Notes: a model not told the origin generated them from the letters alone. 64,000 nucleotides of DNA from Alphaproteobacteria bacterium UBA3773 (GCA_002372275.1 DFFP01000013.1:15603-79602); one strand, 5' to 3'. Positions 1 through 10,626 are shown, counted from the first letter of the stretch. Numbers and translations are program-made.

Positions 1-873
1 TTAACAGCTGATTACGCCATCATTGAAATGGGAATGAGTGCACAAGGTGAAATCGAAAAACTTGTCAGTTACGTCAAACCCGATATTGCGCTTGTGACAA
101 ACGTGTTTCCGATGCATATCGAATTTTTAAAAACAATTGAAAACATTGCACGCGCCAAAGCTGAAATTTTCTCTGCCCTCTCATCAAATGGTATTGCCGT
201 GATCAACGCAGATACAAATTGCAGTGATATTTTAGAAAGCATTGCATCCGAGCATACAAATCATATCTTTTTGTTTGGTAAAAATCATTTACCGAATGTT
301 CCTTTTCAAACACAAGACCCCGGTGAAAACCATTTTTATAATGCGCTTGCCTGCCTTAAAACAATTGAGGCTTTAGGTCTTGATGTTCAAAAAGCCGCCA
401 CCTTTATCAAAGATTTCGGTCCTTTAGAAGGACGCGGCAAAAAACACCTTTTACATCTTTCAAAAGACGCCACATATACTTTAATCAACGACAGTTATTC
501 AGGTCAGCCCGAGGCAATGAAACTGGCTGTAAAAGCTCTTGATTTGATGCCGCATCATGGGCGCAAAATTGCGGTTCTCGGCAAAATGGCAGAACTCGGC
601 GATTTTTCAAAAGAAGCGCACCGACAAATCGGTGAAGTGGTTTCAAAAACAAACATTGATATTGTGATCGGTGTTTGTGAAGAGATGAAAGACATGCTCT
701 CCCTTTTGCCCCAAACCATCAAACAATACTATTTTGAAAGCAAAGACGGTCTCGCGCAATTTTTATTAAATGAACTCTTGCAAAATGATGATATTTTGCT
801 TATAAAAGGGGCAAGATATTCAAGCAAGCTCTATATGGTTGCGGATGAGCTGATTAAAAAAGGAACGTTATAA
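1..873 (+). CDS. Mur ligase family protein (MurF-like), C-terminal portion; 5' end outside window
   Basis: ORF 28..873 is in frame from position 1 with no upstream stop. The Mur ligase central and C-terminal domain pattern ends in LIKGAR..., like MurF/FolC-type ligases. Confidence 0.55.
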   Translation, partial: LTADYAIIEMGMSAQGEIEKLVSYVKPDIALVTNVFPMHIEFLKTIENIARAKAEIFSALSSNGIAVINADTNCSDILESIASEHTNHIFLFGKNHLPNVPFQTQDPGENHFYNALACLKTIEALGLDVQKAATFIKDFGPLEGRGKKHLLHLSKDATYTLINDSYSGQPEAMKLAVKALDLMPHHGRKIAVLGKMAELGDFSKEAHRQIGEVVSKTNIDIVIGVCEEMKDMLSLLPQTIKQYYFESKDGLAQFLLNELLQNDDILLIKGARYSSKLYMVADELIKKGTL

Positions 874-874
874 A

Positions 875-1357
875 ATGAAATGTCCGTTTTGCGGGTTTGA
901 TGATACGATTGTAAAAGACTCTCGAAGTGATGATGATAACACCTCGATCAGGCGTCGCCGTGAGTGCCCTGAATGCGGTTCAAGGTTCACAACCTTTGAG
1001 CGTGTTCAGCTCAGAGAACTTATTGTTGTCAAAAAAAACGGTGAACGCGCCGTATTTGACAGAGATAAACTCTATCGCTCCATTTCAGTTGCTTGTAAAA
1101 AACGCCCGATTGCCCCTGAAAGAATTGATAAAATTATCAATTCAATTATTCGTCGATTTGAGAGCTCGGGTGAAGCAGAAGTTTCAACAATTTCAATCGG
1201 TGAAGCCGTGATGGAAAGTTTATCGCGTTTAGATAAAATCGCATATATTCGCTTTGCATCTGTCTATAAAGACTTCAAAGATGTTCAAGATTTTGAAGAT
1301 TTTGTTCACACAATTGATGAAATGGTTAAACCGATTATTCATGAAGGAAAAAATTAA
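875..1357 (+). CDS. nrdR: Transcriptional repressor NrdR
   Basis: N-terminal zinc ribbon MKCPFCG...[12 protein letters not shown] followed by an ATP-cone; 160 aa, typical NrdR length. Confidence 0.9.
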   Translation: MKCPFCGFDDTIVKDSRSDDDNTSIRRRRECPECGSRFTTFERVQLRELIVVKKNGERAVFDRDKLYRSISVACKKRPIAPERIDKIINSIIRRFESSGEAEVSTISIGEAVMESLSRLDKIAYIRFASVYKDFKDVQDFEDFVHTIDEMVKPIIHEGKN

Positions 1358-1358
1358 C

Positions 1359-1844
1359 ATGGCAAAATTCGTTTCAAAAAAAATCAGAAAAAAATCAAGT
1401 GCTCGTTTGGCAGCTGTTCAAGCCGTTTATATGGCAGCTTTCGGAGATCTTCCGATTGATGAAGTGATTGAAGATTTTATCACAGGCCAAGTCGGGCGTT
1501 ATGCCATTAAAGAAGAAATAAGCGGGCAAGAAGAACTTGTTGAAATTTCGCCGATTGATGCAACTTATTTTGAAACGCTCGTCAGAGGTGTTCACCAAAA
1601 CAAAGAAGCGCTTGAAAAATCACTTTCGCTTTTTTTGAAAGAAAGAATGGATTTTGAAAAGATGGACGGCGCAATGAAAGCTCTCTTGCTTTGCGCTGTA
1701 TATGAGCTGACATATACTTTAGATGTGGATACAAAAGTACTGATTCAAGAATATGTTGATTTGGCTTATGCTTTTTACAACAAAAACGAACCCAAAATGA
1801 TTAACGCCGTTTTAGATCAAATTTCACACCATATCAGAGGTTAA
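1359..1844 (+). CDS. nusB: Transcription antitermination factor NusB
   Basis: The internal ATG at 1359 (MAKFVSKKIRKKSSARLAAVQAVY...) gives a NusB-sized protein. The track ORF starting at 1254 overlaps the nrdR 3' end and is rejected. Confidence 0.85.
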   Translation: MAKFVSKKIRKKSSARLAAVQAVYMAAFGDLPIDEVIEDFITGQVGRYAIKEEISGQEELVEISPIDATYFETLVRGVHQNKEALEKSLSLFLKERMDFEKMDGAMKALLLCAVYELTYTLDVDTKVLIQEYVDLAYAFYNKNEPKMINAVLDQISHHIRG

Positions 1845-1848
1845 ATCG

Positions 1849-2379
1849 ATGAGCATACTTCCTTTAGTTGAATATCCGAATCCGCTTTTACACGAAAAAT
1901 CAAAACCGGTGACGCGTATCAATGATGATTTAAGAAAAACATTGGATGATATGCTCGAGACCATGTATGCCGACAGAGGTGTCGGCTTGGCTGCCCCGCA
2001 AGTCGGTTTATTAAAGCGTATGATTGTGATTGACGCCGAGCAGGAAGATGATGAAAACGGCAAACACATTCAAGGCAAGCCGATGTTTTTAATAAACCCT
2101 GAAATTATTGCCTCATCTGAAGAAACAATTGTTTTTTGCGAAGGATGTTTATCAGTGCCTGGGCAAAAGGCAGATGTTGTGCGCCATCAAAAAGTAACTG
2201 TCCGCTATCAAGATAAAGAAGGCAAACAAAAAACCATTGAAGCTGAAGATTATTTAGCCGTTATCCTGCAACACGAAATCGATCATTTAGACGGCATTTT
2301 ATATATCGACCATTTAAGCCGGCTAAAACGCAGTATGCTCCTCAAAAAGCTCCAAAAATCAAGAGAAAAAGAAGCCTAG
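1849..2379 (+). CDS. def: Peptide deformylase
   Basis: Conserved motifs GVGLAAPQ, EGCLS and QHEIDHLDG. Confidence 0.9.
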   Translation: MSILPLVEYPNPLLHEKSKPVTRINDDLRKTLDDMLETMYADRGVGLAAPQVGLLKRMIVIDAEQEDDENGKHIQGKPMFLINPEIIASSEETIVFCEGCLSVPGQKADVVRHQKVTVRYQDKEGKQKTIEAEDYLAVILQHEIDHLDGILYIDHLSRLKRSMLLKKLQKSREKEA

Positions 2380-2381
2380 TT

Positions 2382-3608
2382 TTATATTTGGAAAGATAGT
2401 TTTTCAAAAAACGCTTTGATTTCCTGATTTGAAATTGCTTCACAGGCTTCATTTAAAAAGGCTGAAGTCAATATTTTTTTAGCTTCATCTTCTGCTATAC
2501 CACGTGATTTTAAGTAAAAGAGCTGTTCTTCATCTAAAGCACCGCTTGTGGCACCGTGCGAGCATTTCACATCATCGGCATATATCTCTAAAGCAGGTTT
2601 AACATCCACTTTTGCGTCATCCGAGAGCAAAAGCGCACGATGTGTTTGGTGTCCGTTTGTTTGTACGGCACCTGGTTTAATTAAAATCTTTCCTTGAAAA
2701 ACACCGTGTGCATGGTCTCTCATCACACCTTTCACAATTTGATCAGAATTTGTGTGCGCCGACAAATGTTCGATATCCGTTGTTGTGTCGGCAAGTGTCT
2801 GACTACCTATCACATAAGCTCCGTTCACAAGTGCTGTTGCATTTTCTTGCTCTAACAAAACGTGCGTTTCGCACCGTGAAAGTTTGGAACCTGTTTGAAA
2901 GGCAAAACTATTGAAATGTCCGTTTTCTTTGACATGGACATGATTAAAACTGCTGTGCACGGCCGTCTTGCCGTCATTTTGCCATAAATAGTGCGTCAAT
3001 GTCGCATCAGGCGCAACAAAAATTTCATTGACCATATTGATAAAATAGGCTTCATCATTTCCTTGATAAAGTTCAAAAATTTCAGCCGTAACCCCTTTTT
3101 CTAAAATGATAAAGTTACGGATGTTATGAAAGCCTGCCGATTTTCCGTTATAAATGAGCGCAATCGGTTTTGCTGGCGTTTTAGAAATTCTTAAAAATAT
3201 CCCCTCTTGAACATACGCCGTATTGAGTGCCGCCAGCGGAAATTTATCCAAATCTATTTTATTTAAATATGGCGCTGTTTCATGATCTGCAAAAGCGTCT
3301 TCCAAACTCAAACATTCCGCACCTTCAATATAATGCAGATGATGGTGTAATGCCCCATCACAAAAGTGAATTTCATGCGCCTCAAAAGGTAAAAACTTTT
3401 TCTCGCAATCACAATGTGTATGATCATGGGCGTTTTTCGAAACTTTAAAATAATTTTCAGTCAAAACACTTTCAATCGGCGTATATTTAAAAGCTTCCGT
3501 TTTTAAATCCGTTAAATGCGCACATACTTCTCTTCCCTTTTGTTGAAAAGAAAATAAAGAAGGGACAGAGCTGTCTTGAAACTGAATGTGATCTGAAAAT
3601 TTTAACAT
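2382..3608 (-). CDS. sufD: Fe-S cluster assembly protein SufD
   Basis: 408-aa SufB/SufD-family protein lying downstream of sufC and overlapping it by 7 nt. Confidence 0.8.
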   Translation of the reverse strand: MLKFSDHIQFQDSSVPSLFSFQQKGREVCAHLTDLKTEAFKYTPIESVLTENYFKVSKNAHDHTHCDCEKKFLPFEAHEIHFCDGALHHHLHYIEGAECLSLEDAFADHETAPYLNKIDLDKFPLAALNTAYVQEGIFLRISKTPAKPIALIYNGKSAGFHNIRNFIILEKGVTAEIFELYQGNDEAYFINMVNEIFVAPDATLTHYLWQNDGKTAVHSSFNHVHVKENGHFNSFAFQTGSKLSRCETHVLLEQENATALVNGAYVIGSQTLADTTTDIEHLSAHTNSDQIVKGVMRDHAHGVFQGKILIKPGAVQTNGHQTHRALLLSDDAKVDVKPALEIYADDVKCSHGATSGALDEEQLFYLKSRGIAEDEAKKILTSAFLNEACEAISNQEIKAFFEKLSFQI

Positions 3609-4372
3609 TTTGCCTCGTTGATGAAATCAGTGTAACCTTTGGCCTCTAAGGTGAAGGCTAAAGTTTGATCGCCGGATTTGATGATTTTTCCGTCTGAAAA
3701 AACATGCACAAAATCAGGCTTCACATATTCAAACAAATCATCATGATGGGTAATAATCAAAAGAGATTTCTTTCCGTCAAGCAAGGCATTTATGCCTAAA
3801 AAAACGGTTTTTAGCGCATCAATATCAAGCCCCGAATCCGCCTCATCCAAAATCGCCAAATCCGGATTTAGAAGCGCCATTTGAAGTGTTTCCATACGTT
3901 TTTTTTCACCGCCTGAAAAGCCGACATTGATGGCACGTTTAAGCATTTCGGAACTGATATTTAATTTTGAAGCCTGCTTTCTGACCGTTTTCATAAATTC
4001 TGACATATCAAGCTCTTCAAGTCCTTGATATTTTCGCTTGGCATTCATAGCATATTTTAAGAACGTCATCATCGGAACACCCTCAATTTCAACCGGATAT
4101 TGCATCATTAAAAAGAGTCCCTCAAGTGCGCGCTCTTCTGTTTTGAGATCAAGTAAATTTTTGCCGTGAAACAAAATTTCGCCCGACGATACCACATACC
4201 CAGGTTTTCCGGTTAAAATATGCGAAAGTGTCGATTTTCCGGCACCGTTCGGCCCCATAATGGCGTGAACTTCCCCTTCATTAATGGTCAAATTTAGCCC
4301 TTTAATGATTTCTTTTCCCTCCACACCTGCATGCAGATTTTTGATTTCAAGTAATTCCTTTTTATATGTCAT
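3602..4372 (-). CDS. sufC: Fe-S cluster assembly ATPase SufC
   Basis: ABC ATPase with Walker A GPNGAGKST, signature FSGGEKKR and Walker B ILDEADSGLD. Confidence 0.9.
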   Translation of the reverse strand: MTYKKELLEIKNLHAGVEGKEIIKGLNLTINEGEVHAIMGPNGAGKSTLSHILTGKPGYVVSSGEILFHGKNLLDLKTEERALEGLFLMMQYPVEIEGVPMMTFLKYAMNAKRKYQGLEELDMSEFMKTVRKQASKLNISSEMLKRAINVGFSGGEKKRMETLQMALLNPDLAILDEADSGLDIDALKTVFLGINALLDGKKSLLIITHHDDLFEYVKPDFVHVFSDGKIIKSGDQTLAFTLEAKGYTDFINEAKC

Positions 4373-4417
4373 TATTTTTTCCTACTATATTCTCATCTCG
4401 ATAGATTTCCTACTGCA

Positions 4418-4444
4418 TTGTCATGCTGAACTTGTTTCAGCATC
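4418..4444. repeat. 27-bp hairpin-forming repeat, left copy of an inverted pair flanking the GIY-YIG gene
   Basis: ttgtcatgctgaacttgtttcagcatc. It contains an 8-bp stem (atgctgaa/ttcagcat). An 18-bp tandem duplication, aacttgtttcagcatctc, lies at 4429..4464. Confidence 0.7.
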
Positions 4445-4462
4445 TCAACTTGTTTCAGCATC

Positions 4463-4750
4463 TCATAAAATTTCATCATATAAATCTCTGAAACCATCAT
4501 TTGTTTTTTTGATTAAATTAATTTTCCAATCCCGATGCCAATTTTTAAGTTGCTTTTCTCTTTTAATCGCTTCATTGATGTCATTATATATTTCAAAATA
4601 AACCAATTTGCAAACATTATATTTTTTTGTAAAACCTTCATACAGTTTATTTTTATGTTCAAATATTCGTTTGATGAGATTTTTCGTAACTCCTATATAA
4701 AAAACATTATTGTTTTTATTTGTTAAAATATAGATATAGTATTGATTCAC
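4463..4750 (-). CDS. GIY-YIG (URI-domain) nuclease family protein, 95 aa
   Basis: YIYIL...FYIGVTKNL..R..EH motif. Inserted between sufC and sufB and bounded by inverted hairpin repeats. Confidence 0.8.
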   Translation of the reverse strand: MNQYYIYILTNKNNNVFYIGVTKNLIKRIFEHKNKLYEGFTKKYNVCKLVYFEIYNDINEAIKREKQLKNWHRDWKINLIKKTNDGFRDLYDEIL

Positions 4751-4766
4751 TTAATTTTGCCCCAGA

Positions 4767-4793
4767 GATCCTGAAACAAGTTCAGGATGACAA
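4767..4793. repeat. 27-bp hairpin-forming repeat, right copy (inverted) flanking the GIY-YIG gene
   Basis: gatcctgaaacaagttcaggatgacaa; its reverse complement matches the left copy at 25 of 27 positions. Confidence 0.7.
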
Positions 4794-4828
4794 ACTTGCT
4801 GATCTTCGATTCCGGAATTACATTTTTT

Positions 4829-5116
4829 TTATTTGTCATGCGTTTTTTCCCAATCATCTAAGCGCTTTTCAATTTTTTTCAGCTTTTCGGCTTTATAGCT
4901 TTCAACTTTATCTTTAATATCATAACAACATTTCAGTTGTTCAAGCATAATTTCGACATCAGCCGTTTCTTCAATCAATTCATCTACGTTATCTTTACCG
5001 CGATTAACATTTTTCAAAATTTCTTTGGTCAGTTCACTCATTTCTTCAATTACCTGAAGCATTTGAGGCGTTTTATGCCAAACGCGCAACGCTCTTTCAT
5101 AAATCGTTTCTTTCAT
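4829..5116 (-). CDS. MazG-like nucleotide pyrophosphohydrolase domain protein (95 aa)
   Basis: Small all-helical protein with paired acidic motifs (EEMSELTKE and EETADVE), as in the MazG/HisE fold. Its start codon overlaps the sufB stop. Confidence 0.5.
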   Translation of the reverse strand: MKETIYERALRVWHKTPQMLQVIEEMSELTKEILKNVNRGKDNVDELIEETADVEIMLEQLKCCYDIKDKVESYKAEKLKKIEKRLDDWEKTHDK

Positions 5117-6573
5117 TATCCGACACTTCCTTCTAAATTAATATTGATGAGTTTTGAGGCTTCAATGGCAAATTCCATCGGAAGTTTTTGCATCACCTCT
5201 TTACAAAAACCGTTGACAATCAATCCGACGGCATCTTCTTCTTTCATACCGCGTGATTTAAGATAAAAAAGCTGTTCTTCGCTGATTTTTGAGGTTGTGG
5301 CTTCATGTTCTAAAACCGCGCTCCGATTAGCATTTTCAATATAAGGTGTTGTATGTGAACCGCAAGTGGGACCAATAAGTAAACTGTCGCATTGAGAATA
5401 ATTTCGGGCATTTAAGGCTGATTTTGCAACTTTAACAAGCCCTCGATAAGTCTGGTCTGAATGACCGGCCGAAATACCTTTTGAAATAATTTTAGATGTG
5501 GTATGCGCACCGATATGGATCATTTTTGTGCCGGTATCAGCCTGTTGATAGTTATTTGTCAGAGCCACCGAATAAAATTCACCTGATGAATAATCCCCTT
5601 TTAACACGCATGACGGATATTTCCACGTCACGCTTGATCCTGTTTCAACCTGTGTCCAAGAAACTTTAGAGCGCAAACCTGCACAAAGTGCACGCTTGGT
5701 CACAAAATTATAGACCCCGCCCTTGCCGTCTTTATCCCCCGGATACCAGTTTTGAACGGTGGAATATTTTACCTCAGCATCATCTAAAACAACAATTTCC
5801 ACAATAGCGGCATGAAGCTGATTTTCATCCCGACGAGGCGCCGTGCAACCTTCTAAATATGAAACATAACTTCCTTCTTCGGCAATAATGAGTGTGCGCT
5901 CAAATTGACCGGTGTTTTGTGCGTTGATTCTGAAATAAGACGAAAGTTCCATCGGAGATTTTACGCCTTTGGGGATATACACAAATGAGCCGTCCGTAAA
6001 AACGGCCGAATTTAAACACGCAAAAAAATTATCCGTATACGGTACAACCGAGCCTAAATACTTTTGAACCAAATCAGGATGATTTTGGACTGCCTCTGAA
6101 ATCGAGCAGAAAATAATCCCTTTTTCAGCAAGTTTTGCCCGATATGTTGTGGCCACCGAAACACTGTCAAAAACTGCATCAACGGCCACAACACCTGCCA
6201 AAACTTCTTGTTCTTTTAAGGGGATTCCGAGTTTGTTATATGTATCCAAAAGCTCGGAAGAGACTTCATTTAAGCTGTTTGGTTTAACTTTTTGTTTCGG
6301 TGCGGCATAATAAAAAAGATCTTGATAATTGATTTTATCGTAACTGACCTTGGCCCATGTCGGCTCTTTCAATGTGAGCCAATGACGATAAGCCTTAAGG
6401 CGTCTTTCAAGAAGCCATTCAGGCTCATTTTTTTTGGCTGAAATCAGACGGATGATATCTTCTGACAAACCTTTCGGAACACTTTCAACCTCAATATCGG
6501 TTGTAAAGCCGTATTTGTATTTTTCGCCGCTTTCGTCGATGATATCAGGTTTTTGCGCCATTTTTTTTACCAT
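5116..6573 (-). CDS. sufB: Fe-S cluster assembly protein SufB
   Basis: 485-aa SufB-family protein, strongly conserved through the central and C-terminal regions. Confidence 0.9.
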   Translation of the reverse strand: MVKKMAQKPDIIDESGEKYKYGFTTDIEVESVPKGLSEDIIRLISAKKNEPEWLLERRLKAYRHWLTLKEPTWAKVSYDKINYQDLFYYAAPKQKVKPNSLNEVSSELLDTYNKLGIPLKEQEVLAGVVAVDAVFDSVSVATTYRAKLAEKGIIFCSISEAVQNHPDLVQKYLGSVVPYTDNFFACLNSAVFTDGSFVYIPKGVKSPMELSSYFRINAQNTGQFERTLIIAEEGSYVSYLEGCTAPRRDENQLHAAIVEIVVLDDAEVKYSTVQNWYPGDKDGKGGVYNFVTKRALCAGLRSKVSWTQVETGSSVTWKYPSCVLKGDYSSGEFYSVALTNNYQQADTGTKMIHIGAHTTSKIISKGISAGHSDQTYRGLVKVAKSALNARNYSQCDSLLIGPTCGSHTTPYIENANRSAVLEHEATTSKISEEQLFYLKSRGMKEEDAVGLIVNGFCKEVMQKLPMEFAIEASKLININLEGSVG

Positions 6574-6688
6574 TTATTTGTTTTATGCACACCATAAGCA
6601 TTTAAGCGCCAAAAATCAAGTATGTTTTTTGATTTGCCACGCATTTTTTAACGATTATTAAAACATTCAGGTTTTAATTTATGGACTA

Positions 6689-7627
6689 ATGTTAAGTGAT
6701 GCAAAAAAATATTTATCTTGCGCTGTATTTTGCCTTGCCTTAAACGGCTGTGCTTCATATCCGAACGGGTTTGAATCTTTCTATCGTTCGCTTTTAGGAA
6801 CGCCCGAAACAGTACAAGTCAATAAGGGGGACACACTTTATTCTATCGCCAAACGCTACGATATGACAATTGACGAGTTAATTGAACTCAACGGAATTGA
6901 CAGCCCGAACGACTTAAAAGTCGGGCAAATCTTAAAAACAACGTCAAATCGCTATTATATTGTCAAACGAGGAGATACCCTGGCCTCGATTGCCAGACGC
7001 CATCATACAAATTATAAGATTATTGCCTCAAAAAATAATTTAAAACCGCCATTTAACTTAAAAGTCGGTCAAAAGCTCACCATTGATGACACGCCATCAA
7101 AAGCATATACTTCAGCAAAACCTGTTTCTCAATCAAAAACAGCATCTAAAAAAGCATCTAAAAAAGCATCTAAAACAGTTTCTAAAAAAACAACTCAAAA
7201 AACAACTTCTAAAAAATCAACTCAAAAAACAACATTTGTTTCGACAACAAGAGGTAAAAAATTTATGTGGCCTGTTTCAGGCAAAATTATTTCAAATTTC
7301 GGCACACTCGGTAAAGGGCGTAAAAATGATGGTATCAATATTTCAGCTGCCAAAGGAACAACCGTTAAAGCAGGAGACGGCGGAACGGTTGCTTATGCCG
7401 GAAACGGCCTTAAAGGCTTCGGTAATTTAATTTTAATTAAACATAATGATGGCTACATCACCGCTTATGCCCACACCGATCAAATGTTTGTTAAAAAAGG
7501 TCAAAAAGTTTCAAGAGGGCAAAAAATTGCGACCGTCGGACAAACAGGCGGTGTCACGACCCCTCAACTTCACTTTGAAGTCAGAGCCGGCAAAAAAGCC
7601 GTTAATCCGAGAAAATATTTACCTTAA
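6689..7627 (+). CDS. LysM-domain M23 peptidase lipoprotein (NlpD-like)
   Basis: Lipobox LALNGC, two LysM repeats (DTLYSIAKRY..., DTLASIARRH...) and a C-terminal M23 LytM domain. A K/T/S-rich low-complexity linker is encoded by short tandem repeats. Confidence 0.8.
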   Translation: MLSDAKKYLSCAVFCLALNGCASYPNGFESFYRSLLGTPETVQVNKGDTLYSIAKRYDMTIDELIELNGIDSPNDLKVGQILKTTSNRYYIVKRGDTLASIARRHHTNYKIIASKNNLKPPFNLKVGQKLTIDDTPSKAYTSAKPVSQSKTASKKASKKASKTVSKKTTQKTTSKKSTQKTTFVSTTRGKKFMWPVSGKIISNFGTLGKGRKNDGINISAAKGTTVKAGDGGTVAYAGNGLKGFGNLILIKHNDGYITAYAHTDQMFVKKGQKVSRGQKIATVGQTGGVTTPQLHFEVRAGKKAVNPRKYLP

Positions 7628-7747
7628 AAAACAGTAATAATTAAGTCTTTTTTTCATGAAAAACAGTCAATAAATTGAAAATATCTGTTGCGACATTCTT
7701 TTTTTGTTGTATATTAGCGCAAGTCATAATTTTATGGGAGTAATCAG

Positions 7748-8107
7748 ATGTTGATTGGTAATGCACTTGCAGCAACAGAAAACGTTGCTGATGTAGCAGG
7801 AACATCAGTAGCGGCAAACATTATTCAAATTTTGCTTATCTTTTTGGTGTTTTATCTGCTTCTTATTCGTCCGCAACAAAAAAAGATGAAACAGCATGAA
7901 GCTGAATTAACCGCCATCAAAACAGGTGATCAGGTCATCACGGGCGGCGGTTTATATGCAACAGTCAAAGAGTGCCGTGATGATGAGTTAACACTTGAAT
8001 TATCGGAAGGACTGACTGTTAAGGCCAACCGCTGGACCATTCGCGAGGTTTTAAAAGCCAAAGAAAACTCCGCACCCGTTCAAAAAAATAAAAAGAAAAA
8101 GAAATAA
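7748..8107 (+). CDS. yajC: Preprotein translocase subunit YajC
   Basis: Single TM segment followed by RPQQKKMKQHEAEL..GDQV.T.GG; it lies upstream of secD. Confidence 0.8.
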   Translation: MLIGNALAATENVADVAGTSVAANIIQILLIFLVFYLLLIRPQQKKMKQHEAELTAIKTGDQVITGGGLYATVKECRDDELTLELSEGLTVKANRWTIREVLKAKENSAPVQKNKKKKK

Positions 8108-8117
8108 GGGGAACAAT

Positions 8118-9662
8118 ATGTATAAACTATCAAAAGAAAGAGTTATTGCCATACTGTCTATTTGTGCAGTCGGCTTTTTTCTTGCCATACCAAACTTTTT
8201 ACCAAAATCGGTTAAACTTCCATCATGGTGGCAAACAGTGAGTTTAGGCCTTGATTTGCAAGGCGGCTCAAACTTGTTGATGGAAGTTGATATGAAAGGT
8301 GTTGTGCGTGAGCGCATGGGACTGTTAGAAGACGCCGCCCGTCAAGCTTTGCGCGAACATCACATTCGTTATCAAAATTTAGCCTCCGGTGCAGACAGCG
8401 TAAAAGTCAAAATCGATAATTTCAATGCACGCACCCAAGCCATCACATATCTTAAAAAACTTGAAGATGGTTTAGAGGTCACAACCGATGAAAACGATGT
8501 GATTGAAATCAAATACTCTGAACCTGCGTTGAATATGTTAACACGCAAAGTTGTTGAGCAATCGATTGAAATTGTACGCAGACGTATTGATGAACTCGGC
8601 ACCAAAGAACCTGTCATTCAAAGCCAAGGAACAGACAGAATCGTTGTTCAACTCCCCGGTGTTCAAAACCCCGAAGAAGTTAAGGCATTGCTCGGCAAAA
8701 CAGCTAAAATGTCGTTTCACATGGTTGATGATCGCTCAACAGCAAGCGATGCAAAACGCGGAAAACTCAGCAACGCCTCTCGCGTTGTAAATAGCGTTGA
8801 AGGTGGTCAACTTGTAATTACCAGAAAGCCTGTTGTCGGCGGCGAAAACTTAACGGATGCCGGTGTTTCTTTCCAAGATGGCAGACCGGTTGTGACATTC
8901 AAATTTAACACCATAGGCGGTCGCAAATTCGGCGAAGCCACACAAAACAATATCGGAAGCAGATTAGCAATTGTTCTTGACAACGAAGTGATTTCTGCCC
9001 CCACCATTCAATCGGCAATTTTGGGCGGAAGTGGTGTGATTACCGGTAGTTTTAGTGCTGAAGAAGCCAATAATTTAGCTATGTTACTTCGTTCAGGTGC
9101 TTTGCCTGCGGAACTTTCTGTTTTGGAAGAACGCACGGTAGGTGCCGGTCTCGGTGCCGATTCCATCAAAAGCGGTGTCATTGCTTCAATTATCGGTTTA
9201 ATTGCCGTTGTGATTTTCATGATTGCGGCTTACGGCTTGTTTGGTATCTTCACAACAATGACCGTTTTTATCAACCTCTTTTTAATGCTTGGGGTTATGA
9301 GTGTGATTGGAACAACGTTAACGTTACCTGGTATTGCGGGTATTATTTTAACAATTGGTATGGCTGTTGATGCCAACGTGTTGATTTTTGAACGCATGCG
9401 TGAAGAAGTCAAGCTCGGTCGTTCAACGCGTGATGCCGCAGATGCCGGCTTTACGGAAGCTTGGACCACAATTGTGGATTCAAACTTAACAACACTTGTG
9501 GCAGCCCTTGTCCTCTTTTGGTTCGGAACAGGTCCTGTCAGAGGTTTTGCCGTTACACTTGCCATCGGTATTGCCACTTCCATGTTTACATCAGTGACGG
9601 TCACACGCCTGATTATTACATATTGGCTTAATCGTTACAAACCGACAAAATTACCAATTTAA
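8118..9662 (+). CDS. secD: Protein translocase subunit SecD
   Basis: 514 aa with a periplasmic domain and C-terminal six-TM SecD/SecF conserved motifs. Confidence 0.9.
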   Translation: MYKLSKERVIAILSICAVGFFLAIPNFLPKSVKLPSWWQTVSLGLDLQGGSNLLMEVDMKGVVRERMGLLEDAARQALREHHIRYQNLASGADSVKVKIDNFNARTQAITYLKKLEDGLEVTTDENDVIEIKYSEPALNMLTRKVVEQSIEIVRRRIDELGTKEPVIQSQGTDRIVVQLPGVQNPEEVKALLGKTAKMSFHMVDDRSTASDAKRGKLSNASRVVNSVEGGQLVITRKPVVGGENLTDAGVSFQDGRPVVTFKFNTIGGRKFGEATQNNIGSRLAIVLDNEVISAPTIQSAILGGSGVITGSFSAEEANNLAMLLRSGALPAELSVLEERTVGAGLGADSIKSGVIASIIGLIAVVIFMIAAYGLFGIFTTMTVFINLFLMLGVMSVIGTTLTLPGIAGIILTIGMAVDANVLIFERMREEVKLGRSTRDAADAGFTEAWTTIVDSNLTTLVAALVLFWFGTGPVRGFAVTLAIGIATSMFTSVTVTRLIITYWLNRYKPTKLPI

Positions 9663-9684
9663 CTTTTATCAAGGATAAAATAAG

Positions 9685-10626
9685 ATGAAAATATTCAGTT
9701 GGGTTACAAAAGATACAAATATCGACTTTTTAAAACCGCGTCGTTTGACCTATGCGCTTTCTGTTTTAATGGTTATCGCTTCATTTGCCTTAATGGCTTT
9801 TCACGGTTTTAATTACGGCATTGATTTTTCAGGCGGTGTTTTAATGGAAATTAAATCGGCTCAAAAAATCAATGTGGAACAAATTCGCCGTGATTTAGAG
9901 AGCGTCAAACTCGATGAACTGACCCTTCAAAGCGTCGGCGAAGAAGGAAACGAGCTTTTAATTCGCGCTCAAACCGACAACAACAAAGATGAAGAAAGCG
10001 AACGTTTAGCCGTTTCTGAAATTAAAAAGATTTTGGGTGACGGCTATGAATATCGCCGTGTTGAAACAGTTGGTCCGCAAGTCGGTTCCGAATTAAAACG
10101 TGCCGGTGTCCTTGCTTCACTCATTGCAATTTTAGCCATTTGTGCTTACATTTGGTTTCGCTTTGAATGGCAGTTTGCTTTGGGCGCATTACTCGGTTTG
10201 TTCCACGATGTGATTATCACGGTCGGTTGCTTATCGCTATTTAACTTTGATATCAGCTTAACAACCGTTGCTGCTGTTTTAACCTTGGCCGGTTATTCCA
10301 TCAATGACACGGTCGTGAACTATGACCGAATCAGAGAAAACCTCCGTAAATACAAAAAAATGTCTCAATATGATTTGATTAACAAAAGTATCAACGACAT
10401 TTTCTCTCGTACGATTTTAACGGGCTTGACGACCTTATGTGCGGCCGGTGCCTTATTTATCTTCGGCGGCGATGCTTTGCGCAGTTTTTCGTTTGTGATT
10501 TTCTTCGGCGTTGTCATCGGAACTTATTCTTCCATTTATGTTTCATCTGTGTTCTTAAATGTCTTTGATTTAAGAAAAACAGCTGAAGAACGTGCCAAAG
10601 ATGTTAATCCGTTCGGAAATGTTTAA
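9685..10626 (+). CDS. secF: Protein translocase subunit SecF
   Basis: 313-aa SecF lying next to secD. Confidence 0.9.
   Translation: MKIFSWVTKDTNIDFLKPRRLTYALSVLMVIASFALMAFHGFNYGIDFSGGVLMEIKSAQKINVEQIRRDLESVKLDELTLQSVGEEGNELLIRAQTDNNKDEESERLAVSEIKKILGDGYEYRRVETVGPQVGSELKRAGVLASLIAILAICAYIWFRFEWQFALGALLGLFHDVIITVGCLSLFNFDISLTTVAAVLTLAGYSINDTVVNYDRIRENLRKYKKMSQYDLINKSINDIFSRTILTGLTTLCAAGALFIFGGDALRSFSFVIFFGVVIGTYSSIYVSSVFLNVFDLRKTAEERAKDVNPFGNV

Noticed and set aside
927-1211. Numerous short ORFs nested in or antisense to large conserved genes. Examples are 927..1211, 7083..7430, 8372..9604 (minus), 18529..18999, 19109..19701, 37112..37489, 42003..42431, 54008..54280 and 61049..61822 (minus).
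   Set aside because: They overlap well-supported genes in other frames, have low-complexity or biased composition derived from the sense strand, and lack an RBS, so they are treated as spurious.
1254-1844. Long ORF-track version of nusB starting at 1254.
   Set aside because: It overlaps the 3' end of nrdR and adds a non-conserved N-terminus. The ATG at 1359, directly after the nrdR stop, gives a canonical NusB.
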